From the NCBI RefSeq assembly GCF_006345805.1, contig NC_043014.1:24180001-24244000 (forward strand): a stretch of DNA of 64,000 bases, given 5' to 3'. The position numbers were made by a program, and so were the translations under genes. The notes under the pieces were generated by a model. It worked only from the letters and a program-made list of their open reading frames with translations, did not search any database and was not told where the DNA came from. Position 1 is the stretch's first letter, and each line of letters opens with the position of its first letter. The DNA is from Octopus sinensis. Its lineage: Eukaryota. Shown here in pieces: positions 1 through 12,900 of the stretch.

Positions 1-381
1 ATGTGTGCGTAATTATGACAATAAAAGGTTTACCGTTACTATCAAAAACACATGCACACATACACACACGCACACACATATATATGTATGTATATATGTG
101 TGTGTGTTGATTATAACATTCAATTCTATAGTATTTAGTTTTAATTAATGTATAATTTAATGTTGTGATCTAATTTATTTTGGTAAAACAACATGTGTAT
201 GTTTGTACATGTATGTTTATATTCATTAAGATTGACAGTGAGGTTGCAATTAAAAGTATCCGACTATTAATCTATTTATGAAATTAAATTATGAATAGTA
301 TTAATATAATCTATAATAATTTACATTAATAGCTACTGTATAATCTTATGATCAAATTTATGATTCTTATATCCAAGGAAG

Positions 382-469
382 CACCAATTATGATGGCATA
401 ATACACCAAATTGTCATTTATATTAGCTATAGATAGAGAATCTGGTGTATTATGCCATCACGACTGGTG
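382..469. other. Compact hairpin, pre-miRNA-like
   Basis: 18-bp perfect arms TGATGGCATAATACACCA (391-408) / TGGTGTATTATGCCATCA (443-460), extendable to about 31 bp around a 26-nt loop. Confidence 0.6.
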
Positions 470-1429
470 GTTTTAGAAACAGTGACAAAATAATTTTAAT
501 ACTTAAGAATTAAGTTCTATCTCTATTAATTAAGTAATAAGTATTATTAATTAGTGTTTAAAATGTTCATTAATGTAAGATAATAGATTAGAATATATTA
601 TGTATTACATAGATCTATTCAATATTATTCGGTTAGGTATGAATATAGATTAAGCTTACTACTTTACCAAAATTTATGAGCCCAATGGATTCAGAAAATT
701 CTTCCAATAAAGAAATACATACTGATTTAATTTTAATCTATTTTATCAATAGGTAAAATGCTTATTGAATATAATTTATTTAATTATTATGTTATATCAG
801 CTATATTAAATTTGTTGTATATTATAGTTATAGAGGATATCATATGAATCTTATATTATATAATTTTATATTACTCTATAAGTTTATAATTTAATTAAAT
901 TTAATAAAGACATATTTTGTGGAATGTACTCAAGGTACATTTTCTCATTTCTTGAGTTGAGGAGATGGTTCTTAGATATAAGAATTTGGTAGGCCTCCCC
1001 AGTACACAACTCACTGCAATTATTTGAGATTCTGTATGATTTAGCAAAACTAACAATTTTCCATCTAAGATTAAATTAAATCTACCAGTAGATTTAATTT
1101 TTTGTCTATTTTTAAAGCTATGTAAATGGTTAGTGACCCTAATTTTTATTCTGTTCTCAGTTGATTCTATATACAGAATTTCTTTCCTTGTGATTCAACT
1201 ATACATTGGTAAACTAAGTTATTTTTCTAGCATAAGTTTTTAAATTTACAGCTAATTTTAACTTTACAGTCTCAGGTTTTGTTTGCATCACTAAATATAA
1301 ATTTGTTTGAAGGGAATTAATATGGGTTAATTCCCCTCTATCATTAAGTTTTGTATGACTGTTAATGTTATTATTAAGGTTTGTGAAATCATGTTGGTGT
1401 TGTGAAGAATTATTATTAGAGACAGGAAA

Positions 1430-1629
1430 ATATCGTGGGTTGGCAGAACCATTAGCATGCCAAGCAAAATGCTTAGCGGCATTTCGTTTGCATTTCAAAT
1501 TCCGCTGAGGTCAATTTTGCCTTTCATCCTTTCAGGATTGATAATTTAAGTACCAGTTGCACACTGGGGTTGATCTAATCGACTAGCCTCATTCCCCAAA
1601 ATTTCAAGCCTTGTGCCTTTAGTAGAAAG
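1430..1629 (+). mobile_element. tRNA-derived SINE with Nin-like core, 5'-truncated, 19-bp TSD
   Basis: core TTTGCCTTTCATCCTT..GATAA.TTAAGTACCAG; flanking direct repeat TATTATTAGAGACAGGAAA at 1411-1429 and 1630-1648. Confidence 0.8.
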
Positions 1630-1936
1630 TATTATTAGAGACAGGAAATTTTCCATAAATTCCTATATAATGCCTGTTATTTAAGTTTTATATTTCTAAA
1701 AATCTATGGTAAAAGTTTTTTTGTTTTTTATTAAAAAGGCAAAGTTTTCGTTTTTTTTCCTCGAAAACCATCTCTAAGACACTGTTTCTTTAATAGAGTT
1801 TCTGATCAACCCTCCCATCTATTATACAATTATAAAAACAGAAAATTTTTAAGCTTTCATATTGTGGTCGTATTATACATATGTAACCTATTCGAATTCA
1901 ACAAATAATATTAAAAAGAAATATAATAATAATAAT

Positions 1937-4584
1937 CATCATCATCATCATTTAGCGCCTGCTTTCCATGCTAGCACGAGTTGGACGGTTCAACTGGGGT
2001 CTGGGAGGCCAGAAGGCTGCACCAGGCCCAGTCTGATCTGGCAATGTTTCTACGGCTGGTTGCCCTTCCTAATGCCAACCACTCCGTGAGTCTAGTGTGC
2101 TTTTTACGTGCCACCGGCACAGGCAAACGGCCACGGTCGGATGGTGCTTTTTACGTGCCACCGGCACAGGGGCCAGGTGAGGCTGGCAATGGCCACGTTT
2201 GGATGGTTCGCTTACGTGCCACCGGCACTGGTATCACAGCTACACTTTCCATTGATGTTGATTGATTTCAATTTTGATTCTGATTCTCACTTGCCTCAAA
2301 AGGTCTTCACAAGTAGAGTTTTGTGTCCCAAGAAGGGAAGGTATGCATAAGTGGACTGGCTACATCCCATGTAGAGGCCATGGGTTATGGTCTCACTTGT
2401 CCTGCCGGGTCTTCTCACGCACAGCATACTTCCATAGGTCTCGGTCTCTAGTCATTTCCTCGGTGAGACCTAAGGTTCGAAGGTCGTGCTTCACCACCTC
2501 GTCCCAGGTTTTCCTGCGTCTACCTCTTCCACAGGTTCCCTCAACTGCTAGAGTGTGGCACTTTTTCACACAACTATCTTCATCCATTCTCGTCACATGA
2601 CCATACCAGCGCAGCCGTCTCTCTTGCACACCACAACTGATGCTTCTTGGGTCCAACTTTTCTCTCAAGGTACTTACACTCTGTTGAGTATGAACACTGA
2701 CATTACACATCCATCGGAGCATAATTGTTTCATTTCTTGCGAGCTTATGCATATCCTCAGCAGTCACGGCCCATGTTTCACTACCATGTAGCATGGCTGT
2801 TCGTACATATGCATCATACAGTCTGCCTTTTACTCTGAGCGAGAGGCCTTTTGTCACCAGCAGGGGTAAGAGCTCTCTGAACTTTGCCCAGGCTATTCTT
2901 ACTCTAGCAGTTACACTTTCAGCACCCCCACCCCAGCTACTGACTTGGTCACCTAGGTAACGGAAGCTATCAACTATTTCTAGTTTTTCTCCCTGGAATG
3001 TGGTGGAAGTTGGTCTCTGCACATTTTCAGTGTTTATTGCTCCTGAGCATCTGCCACATACAAAAACTATCTTCCTAGTTAACCTTCCTTTGACATTGCG
3101 GCACCTCTTATGTGTCTTTAGCTTACACTTGGTGCATCTTAGAGTTTCTACCTACGCCTTTTCTACAGATCAAGCAGGGCCATCTACCTGAAGGCGTTTG
3201 TGATTTGTCTACCTTCCTACTTATTAGGACTTTGGTTTTGGCTAGGTTGACTCTAAGGCCCTTCGATTCTAATCCTTGCTTCCACACCTGAAACTTCTCT
3301 TCCAGTTCTGATAGTGACTCAGCAATTAAAGCAAGGTCATCAGCATAGAGGGGCTCCCAGGGTCATCCTGTCTTGAATTCCTCCGTTATTGCCTGGAGGA
3401 CTATGATGAATAGGAGGGGGCTGAGGACTGAACCTTGGTGGACCCCAACCTCTACCTGGAATTCTTCACTATACTCATTGCCAGCCCTCACCTTACTAGC
3501 AGCGTCCCTGTACATGGCTCGCACAGCTCTCACTAACCATTCATCTATCCCTAGTTTCCTCATTGACCACCAGATAAGGGATCAGGGGACCCTGTCAGGC
3601 TTTCTCCATGTCAACGAAAGCCAGGTACAGGGGCTTATCTTTGGCTAGGTATTTCTCCTGCAGCTGTCTTACCAGGAATATAGCATCAGTAGTTTTTTTC
3701 CCTGGCACGAACCCAAACTGCATCTCATCTAAACTAACTCTCTCTCTAATTAGTTGGGCTATGACCCTCTCCGTAACCTTCATTACCTGATCCAACAGCT
3801 TGATACCTCTGTAATTATTTGTATCTAAAGCATCACCTTTACCTTTGTAGCAGTTGACTATTATGCTGCTACACCAGTCATTGGGAATGACTCCTTCGTT
3901 TATCACCTGGTTAACTATACGGGTGACTAGGCTATAGCCGGCACTGCCAGATATTTTGAGCATCTCTGCAGTAATTCCTGATGGGCCTGGGGCTTTCCTT
4001 GTTTTCATGCTTCTAATTGCCTTAAATACCTATTTCTTTATTACCCACAAGGGGCTAAACACAGAGAGGACAAACAAGGACAGACATAGGTATTAAGTCG
4101 ATTACTGGTCCCTCTGTTGGGTCGACATTCGGCAGGCTCTCTTTATCCCATTCATTTTCTTTATTCAGCAACCTTTCATAGTGGCGTCTCCAAACCTCTC
4201 TCTTTGCATCCTCATTTAGCGCAAGTGAACCATCATCCATGCGAACACATTTCTCTCCTACCACATCACGATTCTCTCTCACACACTGTCTTGCAACACG
4301 AAATACCTCAAGTCTTTCATCCTCACAGCGCAGAACATTGTCAAATTTGTTCTTATCTGCTTCCCCTCTGGCTAAATAAACCTGCCTCCTAGCTTCCCTT
4401 CTGGCAGTCTGATACACTTCCCTGCTACCACCGTTCTTCCAGTCCTTCCAAGCTTGTTTCTTTTGTCTAATAGCCCTGTCAACAATATTGTTCCACCACT
4501 ACGTTACCTTGGGTCTCGAGGGGACTTTGCACCAACCACAGATCTGGTCTGTGGCTCTTAGCAGGTTGTCCCTTAGAGACCTCC
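1937..4584 (-). mobile_element. RTE-clade LINE, 5'-truncated, frameshifted ORF2 (RT) plus 3'UTR and (GAT)n tail
   Basis: ORF fragments KAPGPSGI, QFGF, FVDMEKA, GVHQGSVLSPLLF, LHGSETW, RRLRWYGHV, GRGRRRKTW. Confidence 0.95.
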
Positions 4585-4904
4585 AATAATGATAATAATA
4601 ATAGTAATAATAATAATAGTATTATAATAATAGTGTTAATTATAATAATAAAAATATAAATAATAGGAATAAAATTTGGTTAATCGTTCCTTATGGGGAT
4701 GAAGTTAAAACTTTAATAAAAGAGATTTTAAATATTATTGAACAGTTCATTCGTGTTAATCGAAAATGTAAAAAAGTTTTCTCTAGTAATAATTTGGAGT
4801 TGGTTATTCTACCACTAATAATGTAGGTAACATTATTTCTTCTTTTAATAAATTTAAGTTGAATAATTTTTATAAAAAGAAATTTTATAATGATGCCTAT
4901 AATA

Positions 4905-4943
<39 letters not shown>

Positions 4944-4945
4944 TG

Positions 4946-4978
<33 letters not shown>

Positions 4979-5239
4979 TCAAAATAAGCAACAAGAACAT
5001 CTTCAGTAATTTGACATTTATTTCACCCTTTCCTATATCTATAAATAGAAAATCTCTTTTGTCTCCATTCAACCGAATATCCCTCCCCCCTCTCTTGCAG
5101 ATCAAAATAACTTAAAGAAAATCTTCAGTCAGAAGATAAATTCTAACACCTTAATGTTCTTAACATTCAAATCAACATCTCTGTCTGTATTTCTATGCTC
5201 CTTATAATGTCATCAATTAACATGGAAATAAGCATATGT

Positions 5240-5391
5240 ATTGATGGAAAATTTTTTTTGCCCATGACACTACATGGAGCCTAAGTAAGGAAGGCATGTG
5301 TAAAATTTGAATGAAATTGGTTGTGTAGTTCTCAAGTTTTAGGGATTCACACAGACAGACAGATACACATTCTCAGTTTTATATATATAGA
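5240..5391 (-). mobile_element. Non-autonomous Helitron-like element, 5' part
   Basis: minus strand starts A|TCTATATATATAAAACTGAGAATG followed by (GTCT)n; same sequence on the + strand at 19575. Confidence 0.6.
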
Positions 5392-6066
5392 TAAGCCCAG
5401 TTTCACCCGGTCTGTTTGAATGATGTGACTGTGATCGTTTTCGGTTAGGCATAATCTATAACAGCATTTCTCAACCTTATCATTTCGGGTCCCCTGTTTC
5501 GATTGGAGCCTCCAGCTGTATGAAAATTTCTCCCCCACCCCCATCAAAAAACAGCTTCAGGAGTTGTGAAGAAAGAATTTGTACATAGTCTGTTTCTGAG
5601 AGCTATTGTATTGGACCTCTGTCTAATCATTAAAACATTTATTTAATTATGAACATAAAAAGAAATTATACATTAATCCCTATTTTTGTGAGCAGTTCTA
5701 TCCATAAAAATTTTATTTGCAGATGGCAGAAATTGAAAGAAGATATGTGAAATGGACATGTGTGTGTGTATATGTGTGTGTGTGTGTGGCATGTGTGCTT
5801 ATGCGTGTGTATGTGAGAGAGAAAGAGGGTGAGAAAGAGAGATAGAGTGAGTGAAGTGAAAATATCTTCGCAGAAAACAGCTTCAGGAGTTGTGCAGAAA
5901 GAATTTGTACATTGTCTGTTTCTGAGAACTATGCTATTGGACCTCTGTCTAATCACGTCTTTTAAGGTATATACACATACATAGAAAATGTGAGATCATA
6001 GTAGAAAATTTTTACAATAGATATTGTTTTAATTTTTTTTTGTCTAATGTAGAAGTTGGCGTTCCA

Positions 6067-6097
<31 letters not shown>

Positions 6098-6997
6098 ATG
6101 TATGTGTGTGTATGTATGTGTGTTTGTAAGTGTTTTGTGTTGGCTATTTTATGATCAGATTCATAGATATTGTTTTTATTTTTTTTGTCTAATGTAGAAG
6201 TTGGTGTTCCTTGTGTGTGTGTGTGTAAGTGTGTGTGTGTGTATGTGTGTCTCACACAACCTATCAAACACACACACACACACACTCTCTCCCTCACACA
6301 CATATACACGCACGCATATCAAATCTTCCGATCAAGATCAAAAGATCCCATTTTCCCTCGAACCCCATATGTAAAGATATATATGTATACACATTATATA
6401 TATATTTATATACACACACATATATATATATAAATTAACACAATATATCTGATTAATAATATCTGTTATGATTGTGCAATTGTGGTGGGCGATAATATGT
6501 CACCGTTCTAAAAGACGGAAATATTTAAACTGTTGCTACTGTCACAGTTTCTCTCTCTATAGATAGAGGCAGAAGTACAGTGAGAAAGGTGGTGGTGGAA
6601 AGAGTGACAGAGAGACGGTGAAGCTGTGAAACTTCGTTATAGAGAGAAAGTGCAGACAGACGTATAGAGAAAGATTGACAGCGCTGGCGAAGATGGTGGG
6701 GGAAAGATATTGGAGGCTTCAAACGTTGTTATAGAGAGAAAGTGAAGGGAAGGGAGGAAAGAAAGAGATGGAAAAAGAAAGGGTGATAACCATTAGAGAG
6801 AAACAACAAACACTTGTCAAAGTGTGGGTTTTTTTCCACAGATTTTGAGATAGGGATTTCTAACCTAGCCCAGTCACATCCTCGCCTCTTTTTACATGTC
6901 CCTGTAAATTTTGGAGCGAATCTGACCGGATCTAGTGCCATTGAACCCTTACTAAAGCCAAAGTGCGCAAGTTTTTTTCCTCTTTTATATACGTAGA
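5392..6997 (-). mobile_element. Putative Helitron-like mosaic with internal duplications
   Basis: minus-strand start A|TCTACGTATATAAAA at 6997; internal direct repeats at about 5548-5629/5875-5956 and 6019-6075/6163-6220; 3' end not found. Confidence 0.35.
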
Positions 6998-7535
6998 TTA
7001 GAGTATAGCTAGGTTAAAGATATTCTATAGTTTATTAATGTTTTATATTAAGCTAAATTATATCTTCACAGATAAATACATTTCTATCTATTTACTCTAT
7101 TTTTTTTACCTTAAATATTTAATATAATAAATGTATTGTAGGCAACTGGTCCTAATGTTTTAAGTTTCAAATTTAGTTAATGGTGTTTCTTCTATAAGAA
7201 AAAAATCATTATTTTATTTTTTAATAAATATTGTTTAATTCTATTTGCTTATTTAACTTTTATTGTTATTGTTAACCTGAAGTGTAACTATAATTTTAAA
7301 TTGAGTTGATTTTCGATTAAATTTAAATTTAATTGTAATTCGAATTTAATTATAGCCATGAAACATACATAGTTTTTTTTACTTATTATATATTGATTAT
7401 TCATTTTTGTACTTTTTGTGATCTAGTTATATGTTTTAAAAAATATATTTTATTTTTTATTTATGATTTGGTTTATGTCTATCATTGTTTGAATTGCATA
7501 ATAGTGGTTTTTCTCTAATTTATATATATATAATA

Positions 7536-7808
7536 TTGAACTCGGAATCTTAACCACTACGCCCATGGGTGTACGATGTTGTGGTTAAGAGCGCGCGCTA
7601 CTAACCCCAAGATTCCGAGTTCGATTCCAGGCAGTGACCTGAATAATAATAATAATAATAATAATAACATCACAAAATACCTTAGGAATGAGAGGCCGGG
7701 TTCAAAATTTCCCCAAGACACCTGATGAAGGCTAGAGGGTATATCAGCCGAAACGTTGTTAACAACCAACAAGATGAGAACAAATATCAGTCAAATGTAA
7801 ATAATATA
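7536..7808 (+). mobile_element. tRNA-headed SINE with hammerhead-like 3' module (copy 1) and inverted 5' duplication
   Basis: A/B-box head (..GTGGTTAAG..GAGTTCGATTCC), (AAT)n spacer, CTGATGA 7722-7728, GAAA 7750-7753; 7536-7565 is an inverted, deleted copy of the head. Confidence 0.75.
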
Positions 7809-7832
7809 AATAATAATAATAATGATGATAAT

Positions 7833-8267
7833 AATCCCTTCTACTAAAGGGCATGAGGCCTGAAAATTTGTGGGAGGGGACTAGTCGATCACATCGACTC
7901 CTGTAACTGGTATTTAATTTACTGACCCCAAAAGGATGAAAGGCAAAGTTGACTCCAGTGGAATTTGATCTCAGAACATAAAGACGGACAAAGTGCTGCT
8001 AAGCATTTCGCCCAGCATGCTAATGAATCTGCCAGCTCACCATCTTCAAATAATAATAATAATAATCCTTTCTACTAAAGGCACAAAGCCTGGAACTAGT
8101 GAATTAAATTGACCTCATTGTTTCGGTGGTACTTAAGTTATTGACCCTGGAAGGATGAAAGGCAATGTTGACCTTGGCTGAATTTGAACTCAGAATGTAG
8201 CAATGAGTGAAATACCGCTAAGCATTTTGCCTAACATGCTAACAAATCTGCCAGTTCTCCACCTTCA
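7833..8267 (-). mobile_element. Two tandem Nin-like tRNA SINEs (about 7833-8047 and 8064-8267)
   Basis: each is the reverse complement of the 1430-1629 family, including GGATGAAAGGCAAAG; separated by (AAT)n. Confidence 0.8.
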
Positions 8268-8289
8268 AATAATAATAATAATAAGATAT

Positions 8290-8995
8290 ATATAATGATA
8301 ATAAGCCTGTTGTCCATGCTGGCATGGGTTGGACAGTTTGACTGGGTTGGCACGCTGGAAGGCTGCACCAGAATCTAATCTAATTTGGCATGCTTTTCTA
8401 CAGCTGGATGCTCTTCCTAACGCCAAGCACTCCAAGAGTGTAATGGGTGCTTTTATGTGCCACCGGTACTGTTTGCGTGACACTGGTGTCTGCCACAATT
8501 GCAATTTTACTTGGCTTGATGGGTCTTCTTCTCAAGCACGACATAATGCCAAAGGTTTTGGTCATTGCATCCATAAAGCCCAACATTCAAGAGGAGCTTG
8601 GCCACTTTGCTTCCAGTAGGCTCAACACTCGAAAGGAACTCAGCCACCTCGCCTCTGTTAGACCCAATACTCAAAAGGTACTCAGCCACTTTACCTCCAA
8701 CAAGCTCAACATTCAGAGTTTGATTTTTTTTTTTACGTGCCACCAGCATGGGTGCACTTGGCTTGACGGGTCTTCTTAAGCTGAGCACACTGCCAAAGGT
8801 CTCGGTCACTAATCATTGCCTCTGTGGGATTCAAATTTCAAAGGTCGTGCTTCACCACCATGTCTCATGTCTTCCTGGGTCTACCTCTACCACAGGTTCC
8901 CTCCACAGTTAGAGATCAGCACTTCTTTACACAGCTGTGCTCGTCCATATGCATCACATGACCATACCAGCACACCACATCTGATTCCTCTTATG
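8290..8995 (-). mobile_element. Diverged RTE 3'-end fragments (two in tandem) with three ~42-bp internal repeats
   Basis: RTE 3'UTR signature CCATGCTGGCATGGGTTGGAC..CCTTCCTAACGCCAA and RT C-terminal remnant at about 8840-8990. Confidence 0.7.
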
Positions 8996-9002
8996 CCTAA
9001 CT

Positions 9003-9041
<39 letters not shown>

Positions 9042-9539
9042 ATATAATAATAATAATAATAATAATAATAACTTTTGAATGGAATTTATGAATATTTTAA
9101 TGCATTGTTACATACATTCCCATAAATGACATCATGTTTCTTCAGATCCTAGTCCATGTTCCTGGGTGAAATGCTGGGTGGTATTTCCTCCACTGCTATA
9201 TTCTGTGTTCAAATTCTGCTGAGGTCGACTTTGCCTTTCACCCTTCCGAGGTCAATGACTTAAATACCACTGAAACACTGGGGTCAATTTAATTGACTAA
9301 TTCCCTCCCCCAAAATTCTAGGCCTTGTGCCTTTATTAGAAAGGATTATTGTTATTTGAAGGTGGTGAACTGGCAGAATCATTATCATGCTGGGCAAAAT
9401 GTACAGTCTGTAGCATCCATGGACATCAGGTAGCTCATGTTCATGTATTTACTTGTTTCAGTTATTAGACTGCAGCCATGCTGGAGCACCACTTTGAATA
9501 CATACGTACGTACATACCATTACATTACATTTTTCTGCA

Positions 9540-10080
9540 TAAATAAATGATGCAGATATACATGTAACAATTTATGCTGACAAAAGAAATGAGGTCGCAG
9601 TAGAGTAGTGATGTACATTCATGAAGATGTCATACCATTTATTCTGTTGTCACATTCAAACTTGACTTGTGATACATTCATAGTACATTGAAAGTAACTT
9701 GATGTGGTAATATGTACACAATATCATCCAATAAACACCCCAAAATATGATGGTAAATTTGAGAATAGCCTCAGATACATAGAATGGGTATTGACCAAAC
9801 TGTACCAATACATCAATGTAGTCATCCTGGGTGATTTCAACCTTCCAAATGTTAAATGGTCTGAATGCCACCTTCTCTCTTGAATGTCATTTCATGAACA
9901 AATGTATGCAGAATCATTACTTGAACTTCCGAATATACAGTTTATGGAACAAGTGATACTCCAGCCAATCAGCAGTAACAACATCTTCGATCTCTGCTTC
10001 ATAAATAATATAAATATTATCTGTAATGTGAAGGTGATCCAACAACTTTTTCAGACCACAGCCTTGTAGAACCAACAGTG
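9540..10080 (+). mobile_element. Decayed LINE (CR1/L2-type) APE endonuclease fragment
   Basis: translates to VVILGDFNLPNVKW...EQVILQP...NIFDLCF, the typical end of an APE domain. Confidence 0.7.
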
Positions 10081-10420
10081 TATGGTCCCAGTGCATGCTG
10101 TAAAGTAGCTGACATTAGGATGGGCATGCAGCCATAGAAACCATGCCAAAACAAACATTAGTACATGATCCAGTCCTTGGATTCATGAGATCCTGTCAAA
10201 CTGTCCAACCCATACTAGCATGGACCAGTAATGTTAAGTGATCTTATCAGTTAGACGTGTTTAGTAAATAAAGATATCTTTATCATAATCACCTGTTACT
10301 TACTTTTCAAATAGATATGTTTTTTTCATAATCATCTGTTACCTACATTTCAAATAGATATTTTTTCTAAAGTCATCATTATTTACCCTTATTTATCTAT
10401 TTGTGTTATTTTATTTACAG

Positions 10421-10546
10421 GAGATAACTACACCTGAAGTTTTATATGAAGAGGTCATTGAGGTTGAGGAACGAATGCTGTTGAAACAAGATAAATGCAA
10501 ATTGGAGCTGGATTGTAAAGTTGTCACAGGTATTACAGGGGAAAAG
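10421..10546 (+). CDS. OPLAH: 5-oxoprolinase internal exon (EITTPEVLYEEVIEVEERMLL...GITGEK), phase 0/0
   Basis: ttatttacAG acceptor and AG|GTGAG donor; peptide matches the OPLAH 'PEVLYEEVxEVxERV' segment; joins in frame with the next exon. Confidence 0.93.
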
Positions 10547-10754
10547 GTGAGAGCATCTAATCAAAATTCTAGGTCTTCTAACATATCTTATCTTTACTAC
10601 AACTGCCCTTTGTATTGATGTGTCAATGAGGGAACCTCTACATAATTGCTCAACCTGCAAGAAATAGCAGTCAAATTTTATACAACTCACATCCAATTGC
10701 ATTAAAAACAAGGGACAAGTCTAAAAAAAGTAAAAAGATGTTTATAATATATAA

Positions 10755-12900
10755 TGAAATTATTTTATACAGTGCTCAGCTGCACCACAACTCGTCAAAA
10801 GTGCGCATAAAGCATATGCAGTAATGTACAAATGTCTGGAGAGTGAACAGTGTATGAGTCAGATACATGCTTGAGTGTGTATGGAGGGGAGAAAATCAGG
10901 TGTAGTGTTGGCGAATCTCAGGAAGCATGGAAGTTTTGAAGGATGCAGTGCTCCAACAACTAATAACTGATTCCGGCAGTTTGTTCCATGCTTCAGCAAT
11001 TCTTAGCATGAAAAAATGTTTCCAAAAGTCATGGGAGCTGTGCTGTTTTCTGACTTTGTAAACATGTCCACAGGTGTTAGACAGATGGAGTTTGAAAAGG
11101 TGCTCAGAGTTATTGTTTGTAAGATGGTTAATAATTTTATGCGTGTCTGCCAAGTCAGCTGCCTGACGTCGGAGTTTCAATGTATCCATGCCCAGGGAAG
11201 TAAGGCGTTCAGAATATGGAAAATGCCTGAGGGAGGGTATTCTCTTGGTTGCACATCGCTGAACGGCTTCCAGATGATTAATATCCTGGGCAAGATAGGG
11301 GTTCCAGACTGGTGATGCAAATTCCAGGTGAGGTCTTACCATAGCTATATAAAGCCGCAGATAGATAGCCAGAGAGCGGCTCATAAAGGACTTGGTGAGT
11401 GATGCCAAGACACCCTCAGCCTTCTTGGCAATTTTAGCAATGTGTTTTGTCCAACACAAATCGCTGTCGACAATAATGCCCAGGTCACATTCACAAGAAG
11501 ACTTTTTGAGATTAGTGTTGTGGAAGGAGTAAGTAGACACTGGGTTTTTCTTCCCAAAATGCATGGTAGTACATTTGTCCACAGCCAGCTTGAGTTGCCA
11601 GTCCATGATCCACTGCTGCATTGTGTCCAGGTCTGATTGCAATAAAGATCTATAGTGTGTAGGTATACTCTTTATTTCGAGGTATAGCTTGATGTCATCT
11701 GCATATTTCAGCACTGTGGCATTCTTTAAGTTGGCATCTATGTCATTAACATATGCAACAAATAAAAGGGGGCCAAGAACAGATCCCTGTGGTACACCAG
11801 ATGTCATCTCATAGGGTGAAGAGTGCTGTCCTAGAACTGTGGCAACCTCTTTTTGGTCGATAATAAAGGACTTCAACCAGTTATAGAGATCATCTCTTAC
11901 ACCCATTGCAGAGAGTTTCACCATGAGTCTTTTGTGTGGCACAGAATTAAAAGCCTTAGCAAAGTCCAAGTAAACAACATCCACCCAGGATCCGCGATCA
12001 GTGATTCGGGTAATGTCCTCAAGAAACTCGATGAGTTGATTACAGCAGCGGGAGTTAGGAATAAATCCAAATTGTGATGGCTGGATGAGGCTGTGAGACT
12101 TCCAGAAGTTCCAGAGGGTTTCTCTGACATGGGATTCCATCAGTTTGGTGATGCAGCTAACTAACGAAGCGATAGTTGACAGGTGATGTGTGGTCACCTT
12201 TTTTGAACATAGGGATAACACTGGTTTAGAAGAAAGTACCCACCGCGCTTGAGAAGAAGGTATGTAACACCATCGAGACCAGGAGAGGCATAGTTACGTT
12301 TATTCTTAAGTGGCGCTGTAGCATTGCTGGTGTAAATTTCATAGTAGTTATAGAGTCCTGTGTCAGAGGTGATGGAGATGGAACATTTTGATCTTCAACA
12401 GTAAAGATGCCTGCACAGCATCCGGCAATGATTTCTGCACATTCTTTGGGATTGCCAGTAATCTGCCCTGTGTGGGGATTGCAAAGGGGACCAACTGGAG
12501 AGTGAGGTCTCTGCTTTGAATGTCCATACTTCCAGGACACTTTGCTCTCAGGGTTGGTTGCTATGTGCTGTTCGAATTCAATCACTGCCTTTTTTGTCAC
12601 TTGCTTGAGATGGTTGGCTGATCTATTGCGCTTTTTCCTGTTGATCTCTGATTTGTGCAATTTGTATTCCTGTTCAGCATTACGGTGTTCTTTCCTGGCA
12701 AGTTGGACTGCTGCAGTCTCCCAAATTGCACTATTGGGTGGTTTTTTGTGCTTGCGTGGTACCAATGCTGCACATGCCACCCATATTGAATTCAGAATGT
12801 TCTGAAATATGTGTCATTTTCAACCAGAATTCTTTTTGTTTGCCCAATAAGCTGAAACTGCAGCCACACAATTACAATTACACTGACCTACACAACATAA
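10755..12900 (-). mobile_element. CR1-clade LINE, 5'-truncated, with a 441-aa open RT region
   Basis: ORF 10896-12221: QFGF, VVYLDFAKAFNSVPH, SGVPQGSVLGPLLF, YADD, VRPHLEFASPVWNP; upstream ORF 12226-12780. Confidence 0.93.

Noticed and set aside
1074-1100. Short perfect hairpin AATTAAATCTAC-CA-GTAGATTTAATT
   Set aside because: A 12-bp AT-rich stem is plausible by chance in this base composition.
200-1400. Very AT-rich stretch as a possible NUMT or extra OPLAH exon
   Set aside because: No recognisable mitochondrial protein/rRNA motif and no OPLAH N-terminal motif (DRGGTFTD, MGTTVATN) in any frame I read; the upstream exons appear to lie outside the window.
4691-6438. Many ORF-track entries rich in YI/HT/CV repeats
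   Set aside because: They are translations of (TA)n, (CA)n and (TG)n microsatellites, not genes; the same applies to similar ORFs at 20.4-21.0, 30.8-31.1, 51.1 and 61.6 kb.
7567-7640. Possible functional tRNA gene
   Set aside because: The acceptor stem does not pair, there is no Pol III T-run terminator, and the sequence continues into a body shared with the TSD-flanked copy at 59909; it is a SINE head.
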